This document shows positions 57,221 to 64,000 of a stretch of 64,000 bases of DNA, piece after piece. The notes beneath the pieces are model-generated. The model was not told the origin of the DNA, searched no databases, and worked only from the letters and a program-made list of their open reading frames with translations. This stretch comes from Eledone cirrhosa (lineage: Eukaryota), in assembly GCA_964016885.1 (NCBI GenBank), contig OZ024740.1, positions 104,408,001 through 104,472,000 on the forward strand, in the 5' to 3' direction. The stretch's first letter is position 1; each line of letters begins with the position of its first letter. The position numbers were made by a program, and so were the translations under genes.

Positions 57221-58254
57221 GATATATATATCATATTCATCATCATCATTATATGTGTGTATGAATAAATGGATGGATGGTTGGATGGATAGATAGATAT
57301 TCAATTGAAATCCAACTGCTGCAACCAAATCTTCAAATCGCAGTCAACCTGCATTTCAATTGAATGTATCTATGAGATGTTACTTTTGTACCAAGCCCTA
57401 GTTAGTTTTTGCTGTCTGTTTTTCAGGGTTTCTATATTCCTTAAGATGATATATTTTTAATATTGCTTATTATATAAAAAAAAAAAAAACTTCTGAAATG
57501 CAATCCAGTTAAGTGCCTATACAATTTTAAGACATGGGGTATTAAAAAGCTAAGGTAGACTAAAATATCTGATGACTAAAAAAAGCAACAACATCAAAAC
57601 ACTTTGTTTATAACTTTGCATTTCTTTTATTTATCCAGTAATTCCCAGAAATAACTTCAGAGATATGTTTGCCTTTTCAGAAAAGTATAACCACTTTTTA
57701 ACTTGTGAAAGGGGTAGTGAATGAGTTACTAAATATACTGAAATGTATGTTTATTGACATAGAAAAATAGAATTGTCACCAAACTAAATAATACTCTGAT
57801 GCCATAAACCTAAATAGGTGGATGTCAGTTCATCTTAATACATCAACAAAAACAAGCATTAGCATTTTAAAGCTGTTTTCCCTACCAAAACAGGGGCTAG
57901 CTTTGCAGGCCACATGACAATTTTTTTCCATTTTGTCTTATCCTCTGCATCCTTTCTAATAAAGCTCATGGCTTTCATTTCCTCATCCATCATTTTAGCT
58001 ATGTCACTCTTTATCTTCCTCTTTGCAAAAGGTGATTAAAAGGATTGATGCCAAGAAAGGAATCTGACCATAAAACATTGCTTTAAAAAAAAGAGTCCCA
58101 TGATGAGTATAAAAAAAGTAAAAAACTAAAATATGTATTCTCCTATCATAGGAGAGATGTGGTGTTCAGTTCCTCACATTTACCTCTATCCACTCTTTCA
58201 GAGTCATGGACTGACAGAATCAGTTGACCATCAGATAAAATATCATTGCAGTTT

Positions 58255-58403
58255 TTTGTTCTGGCTCTTTATGTTATGAGTTCAAATACAGCTGAGGTCA
58301 ACTTTGCCATTCATCTTTCTGGAGTTGATAAAATAAAGTATTAGTTATATACATGGGTCGATGTAATCGACTTTCCCCTCTCCACAAATTGTTGGCTTTG
58401 TGC
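58255..58403 (+). mobile_element. tRNA-type SINE fragment
   Basis: B-box-like GAGTTCAAAT followed by GCTGAGGTCAACTTTGCC...GATAAAATAA...GGGTCGATGTAATCGACT, recalled as a cephalopod SINE body. Not database-verified. Confidence 0.55.
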
Positions 58404-58620
58404 TTAACCCTTTAGCATTTACATTATTTTATATTTACTATTATATTTACATGGTAAACATTTTATTTCACATAATTATCAAATTTATGAGATTTTGATA
58501 TTATTTATTTTGAGAACAATACCTTAACATTAGTATGAGCAGCCAGTTACAGCTGGTTTGAACAGAAAGAGGTGAGAGAATTCTGGCCAGATACGACCAG
58601 TTTAAATGCCAAAGGGTTAA
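58404..58620. mobile_element. piggyBac-like MITE (TTAA TSD)
   Basis: TTAA-CCCTTTAGCATTTA ... TAAATGCCAAAGGG-TTAA; 14-bp TIR with 1 mismatch. Confidence 0.8.
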
Positions 58621-59419
58621 ATCAAAAACCATTATTAGGCACAGTGATATTAGTCAAAATTAGTCAAGCAAAGTTTGAAATTATGAAATAAATATTATGA
58701 AGATAAATACTACTAACTAGTTTCTCTTGTTTTATATTATATGCACTAAGAGGATATGTGAAGTTGCTATTTTATGGTTTTTATTATAAATATATATAAT
58801 ATTTTCTAAAGTATTCCCAAGACAAGAAAACTGGTTGAAGAGGTTAATTGATTGAATATGCTAGACATGGCTTGGGCTAATATTGACTGAAATCTAAGTT
58901 TATATGGGAGATAACTCTAGATGTGTACCCATCTTATTTTGTTGTCTTCAGCAACATATAGCTGCTTTGTAACTTAACAAAAAGGAAGTATATGAATCGT
59001 TAAATTGTTTCCAATACTAGCTGAAAAACATTTTCAAAAATCATTTATCATGATCCAACATTTTTTTCTCACCACATTAAAAAAAAAATTACTTCAGTGT
59101 TTTAATGCTCCATGTATTACCATACATTAACCATCGCCCACAATCACTACCACCACTACTATCACCACCACCACCAAATCCACCACCACCACCACCACCA
59201 CCACGCCTTCTCATGCTGGCACGGGTTGAACAGGTTTTTTATGGTCAAAGTCATACGTGTATATAAATCACAGCTGTAGATATGTCAGACCTACCACATC
59301 AACCCCCCCCCCCCCACCACCTTTGTGCCTATAATATTTTGGCTTTGACCTTTGACTCATATGTAAGTCATATGTTGCTTTTTCATGACTACTGTTTGCA
59401 ACTTTACTAGCTGTTGTCT

Positions 59420-59830
59420 TTAGCCTGTTAGCATTTACATTACTCTGTATATACTATTGTATTTTCACATATGGTTAGAATGTCTCAGGAAAGAATCACT
59501 GGACAGATTTTATGGGCAAAATCAACAGGTAAGAGACCCAGGGGTAAACCCTAAGCAAGATCGTTGGATAACATCCATGAGCTTGGCTGGTCACGTTTGG
59601 GGATCCAGCTGGATCAGTTAGAAACGGTTGCTTCTGACAGGACCTGCTGAAAAAAGTGTTTGAGGACTCTGCCCCTACAACCCTCTCAGGAATAATTGGG
59701 CGAAAAAGAAGAAGAAGGCTTTAACTAACATAATATCTCTATGAGATTTGAATATTATTTATTTTGAGAACAATACCTTAACATCAGTATGAGTAGCAAG
59801 TTACGGCCGGTTTAAATACTAAAGGGTTAA
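59420..59830. mobile_element. Second copy of the piggyBac-like MITE, interrupted by a LINE fragment
   Basis: TTAGCCTGTTAGCATTTACATTA ... TAAATACTAAAGGGTTAA. Shares TTATTTATTTTGAGAACAATACCTTAACAT with the first copy. Confidence 0.75.
59471..59717 (+). mobile_element. 3' fragment of a second RTE-like LINE family with (GAA)n tail
   Basis: Translates as MVRMSQERITGQIL...GKRPRGKP*...; ends GAAGAAGAAG. Confidence 0.65.
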
Positions 59831-60039
59831 TAAAGAATTTAGCTGAAATAAATGGTATATTTTCCAATATCAACTAAGTCACAGAACCATAGATATACCA
59901 TAGCAATGTGTTTTATCAGCTATGCCGAAAACAAACAGACTAACCAGTACTTTTATATATGCAGCATCTAATGGGAATTGGGATTAAAGCCAACCATTAA
60001 AGAACTGCTTATATATGTTTTGTACACATAGAAAACATG

Positions 60040-60236
60040 TACGATGGTTAGCTGAAAAGTTCATAGGCTGACCAAGATACTCTCATGGAATGACCAAATG
60101 AGGGTTATTTTTCAACATAGTCTCTGTAAATAAACAATTCAATTATTAATAAAAAGAGTTGCAATTAATGCATGCAAGATTTCGCAGCCCTAGCATCACT
60201 CCTTCATAGTCAGCCTATGGCCTTTCAGCCAACCCT

Positions 60237-60240
<4 letters not shown>
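60040..60240. mobile_element. mariner-like MITE (TA TSD, ~30-bp TIRs)
   Basis: TA-CGATGGTTAGCTGAAAAGTTCATAGGCTGAC ... GTCAGCCTATGGCCTTTCAGCCAACCCTTG-TA. Confidence 0.75.
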
Positions 60241-60297
<57 letters not shown>

Positions 60298-60315
60298 TTA
60301 TATATATATATATAT
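60239..60315. repeat. (TA)n microsatellite
   Basis: Directly visible, adjoining the MITE's TA target. Confidence 0.95.
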
Positions 60316-60919
60316 GAGACAGCGTAGTGTTGCAGGTACAGGTACATTTGTTTTGTTGAAGAATCAAATTCTACTTCAGCAGTAATGTTTGTTTTTGTGT
60401 GTGTCATCATCAGCAAATATTTGTTTCCAATGATGACATTCATATAGACTACATAGTGACATGGCTGCCAACACATCCTACATACGCAATAATTTGCCAC
60501 TGTGTGCATGTGTGTACATGTGTGCCTGCATGTGTGTGTGTATGTGCCTGTGTGTATGTGTGCATGTGTGTGTGTAAGTGCATTTGTTGCAAATTTCAAA
60601 AACAAAGCAAGTTTAGTAGATAATTCATGTGCAGTTTTCTTTTGTTGCGCTTTTTCTTTTTTGGAGTAAAAAACACTCCAACTTATCTATGAGTGTATAT
60701 AGTATTTGAAATCATATTTTTCTCAAAATGAGTTATAATACCAAAATTTATGTTAGAGCAATGCAACAACTATACCATTATTATTATTATTGTTGTTTCG
60801 ATGTAGTTAATTTTATTGTGTTCATTCTATTGTTGTTATTCTGGTTGTTGGTTCTCTTGTTATTATTACAGAATATTTTACAGGTTACTAACTTCTAAAA
60901 TCTCACTCTCTCATCTGTA

Positions 60920-61091
60920 AATGAGGTTGGCGTTAGGAAGAGTATCCAGCTGTAGAAACCAACCGCAAATCAGTTTTGTATGAGCAAGACATGGTCACTT
61001 GACCTAGCATTGCCCACAACGGAACAACTCATCTAACCCATGCTAGTGTAGAAAATGGATGTATAACGGTGCTGATGATGATGATGATGAT
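60920..61091 (+). mobile_element. RTE-family 3' UTR fragment with (GAT)n tail
   Basis: GGTTGGCGTTAGGAAGAGTATCCAGC...AACCCATGCTAGTGTAG; the reverse complement matches 45055-45210. Confidence 0.75.
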
Positions 61092-61367
61092 ATATATATA
61101 TGAAATACTAATGTAAAATATGCAATGTGAGATAGTGGATTATATAACATAATTTTTCAGCTCTTGTATGTGATTGCATAATCACATTGAAACACGTGCT
61201 AAAGACCTTATTATGTAATAAATCTTTCTTCTAATTTCAACAAATTTTGCCTAGCTTTATATATCATCATCCTAGTCATCATTGTTTAACATCTATCTTC
61301 CACGCTAGCATGGGTTACATATATATCACATAAACTAGTAAAAACTGACCAGTGGGTATTATTTTTT

Positions 61368-61487
61368 CTTCATCTTCTCCTTCGCCCACTTATTCCTGGG
61401 AGGTTCGTGGGTGGCAGAGTCCTCAAGTTCACCTACCAGAGGGTTCTGTCTGAAGCAACTGTCTCCAAGACCAGTGAAGCTCATGGG
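61368..61487 (-). mobile_element. Fragment of the (GAA)-tailed LINE family
   Basis: Reverse complement matches 59575-59717 (GTTGCTTC.GACAG, TTGAGGACTCTGCC, CAGGAATAA.TGGGCGAA). Confidence 0.6.
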
Positions 61488-61816
61488 TCTTATTATTTGT
61501 GCTAGTATATATAATATGTAATAACAAAATCAGAGTACTCAATATATACCGTAAAGTAAAGTGAAGTATATTAAATGATATCATCCATTAGTGATATTAC
61601 ATCAAAAGTTTTGATATTTAGGAGTACTAAGTAATATGGTTTGTATTTCTCTGTGGTGTGGGTCAAGAGTGGATTAAACTTACATGAGACCCCTGGCTGA
61701 AAATTCATTGGGGCTCTTGCATATTATTTTTGGTAGGAAAAATAATAATTTGGGGCTCTTTAAATATTGTGGGGCCTCTAACTCGTCCAGTTAATGCCTC
61801 ACTTAATCTAACCCTG

Positions 61817-62200
61817 GTAAGGGACATATCTAAAAAATGTGCAGTACTTAGGTTAGATGTAATAGTTATTTTTAGACTAAAATTATTGAAGCTGTTCATA
61901 AGGTCTTTTCTCAATGCATCCAATGTGTAACAATTGCCATAATGTGATATAGTCAACCCCTCGACTCTATAAGTGAATACATGTGGTATGGTGGTGTAGA
62001 GTGGTAGTGAGAACATGTGGAGTGGGGTGTAGTGTGGGCATGTTTTGCTACATCCAGTAATGTAGTGAGATAGTCATGTGACCAGTGGGGTTTAAGGTGA
62101 CTGTCAAGACATTTTGATATAGCATGGTAGTAAATATATTGTGTACAACTACCATCATTCAACCACAGATGTAAGACGTCAAAATTTTGAGGATGAGTAT
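61817..62200 (-). pseudogene. Penelope-like reverse transcriptase relic
   Basis: YRVEGL (compare YRDDGL)...LDALRKDL...FSLKITITSNLSTAHFLDMSL resembles the PLE RT C-terminal half; catalytic DD is lost. Confidence 0.55.
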
Positions 62201-62981
62201 AGTTGAACTCTTTTAATAGCAAACCTTCTGAAACTGCCCCTGGTTTTACTATACAAAACTGTTTAGTTTTAATTGGTTATATTCATCTAAAAACATTCCA
62301 TCATAATTTTATGTAAGAACCTTTGTTATGCTTCAAACGCCAGCTTAATAATGAGAAAGTTTGTGGTATTACTAATTTCATCCAAATTCTTCATTATTTT
62401 CCAAACTGTTTGAAAATCATGGGCAGTGTCTTTCATTGGAAATATAGTTACGAAAAGGTTAAATTTACTTCAGTTTATGACCAATTAAAATTTCGAAATT
62501 TATTTGTTTTTGTAATTTAAACATTTTGTTATTTTAGAAAATTTTGCAAAAACAAATTTCAAAAATGATGCATCAAAACATGTAAAGACAATGTTCCAGT
62601 ATGACCATGGCTGTGATGGCTAAAATGAACTAATGAACTAAAGACATAGGTACATAGCAACACAATTTCATTGAGATACTAGCAGCTATAATAATAGTGA
62701 GTAATGTGAAATATATTCAAATTCTAACAACAAATTTTTCATTTTTTTTTCGTTATTCTCGTGTTAACTTTTCATTAATAATTGGATCAAACATTTCATC
62801 CAATTATGTAAGAGGGTGGGGAATGGGGATTGGAGATGGGAGAGTAAGGAGGGAAGAGAGTAGGGGAGTAAGGCTGGGAAGGGAGTGGGGTGTGGGAAGA
62901 GTAGGCATACAGAATTCCAGTACCACTCGTGTTGTCTTGTGTTATGTTATTTCTACAACCAGACAGTTTCTTAAAAAACAA

Positions 62982-62990
62982 CAAAAAAAA

Positions 62991-63026
<36 letters not shown>

Positions 63027-63034
63027 CAAAAAAA
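62982..63034. repeat. Poly(A) tract
   Basis: Interrupted A run, longest part ~30 nt. Confidence 0.85.
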
Positions 63035-63593
63035 CAAACCAGGACTTTCACAATGTCAATTCTAGATAGTTCTCCCAGAACATTACCCTCTCTTCCTCTC
63101 TTCATCTCGCTTGCATTAACTTTCAAGGAGACAAAATCTAAAATTAAGTTTATTAATCTCAGAAATGTTTTCTATTTTTTTTTTTGTGCATTTGATAAAT
63201 TACTACTACTACTACTAACACCATTAAAGTATTATTATCATCATCTTCGTCATTATTATTATTTCGTTTTTGTTGTTGTTGTTTTTTTTGTCTTTTTATT
63301 GCAAAGATATTTTTGAAAATGAGATGTTTGCTATTACCATGGCAACATCAGTTTCCTTCGTCCATTAACTGCAGTAAAAATATTCAGTGCCAATGAAACC
63401 AACCAACCAGCCAGCAATCCAACCAACCAGCCAACTGGCCAACAAGACCAAAATGATAGATGGATGTTATGTAAAGATGTGTGCAATGATGAAAGGTTTA
63501 ACATGGCAGAAGACTGGAGAGGGACAATAGGTGGTGGTGGTGGTAGTTATTATTATCACCACGACAACGACCATCACCACCACCACCACCACC

Positions 63594-64000
63594 ACAAACC
63601 ATTACCTACACTAACATCACCCCATCACTTCAACAAACCATTACCTACACCAACATCATCACCACTTCAACAAATCATTACCTACACTAACATCACCACC
63701 ACCACTTCGACAAACCATTACCTACACTAACATCACCGCCACCACCACCACAAACCATTACCTACACTAACATCACCACCACCACCACAAACCATTACCT
63801 ACACTAACATCACCACCACCACTTCAACAAACCATTACCTACACCAACATCACCACCACCACTTCAACAAACCATTACCTACACCAACATCACCACCACC
63901 ACTTCAACAAACCATTACCTACACCAACATCACCACCACCACTTCAACAAACCATTGCCTACACTAACATCACCACCACCACTTCAACAAACCATTACCT
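63594..64000. repeat. 40-bp minisatellite CAAACCATTACCTACACYAACATCACCACCACCACTTCAA; runs off the right edge
   Basis: ACCATTACCT at 63791, 63831, 63871, 63911 etc.; unit length varies with CAC count. Confidence 0.93.

Noticed and set aside
60225-60623. Possible host exon between microsatellites
   Set aside because: No recognisable domain, and the ORF ends are (TA)n and (TG)n repeats. It cannot be supported without RNA data.
61664-61817. Possible hAT-like MITE (GGATTAA ... TTAATCTAACCCTG, internal GGGGCTC words)
   Set aside because: The left TIR is too degenerate and no TSD is visible.
63594-64000. Telomeric or subtelomeric repeat
   Set aside because: C-rich but lacks CCCTAA-type units; treated as an ordinary 40-bp minisatellite.

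Overview
Eukaryotic, AT-rich, repeat-only window with no supportable host gene. The SINE/LINE tails resemble, from memory, cephalopod (Octopus-like) repeats; this is inference, not a database result. Bases 1-~43,450 are one tandem satellite of about 1,550 copies of a 28-bp monomer (consensus CTACTCAAYATCYACACACTGTGTCTAT). It shows kb-scale higher-order duplications and three short inverted blocks whose breakpoints all lie in the monomer's ACACA-C-TGTGT quasi-palindrome. All ORFs in this array are artefacts of a stop-free strand. Bases ~43,500-64,000 are a transposon graveyard: RTE-clade LINE fragments (one with a PHD-like finger), a 5'-truncated Ty3/Gypsy element nested in an R4/Dong-like RLE LINE fragment, a Tc1 relic, hAT/piggyBac/mariner-like MITEs, a tRNA-type SINE, a Penelope-like RT relic, a decayed hammerhead ribozyme motif, and micro/minisatellites. 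I found no convincing new protein-coding system. The most interesting signals are structural: palindrome-anchored inversions, layered higher-order repeats, a fold-back duplication, and nested insertions.
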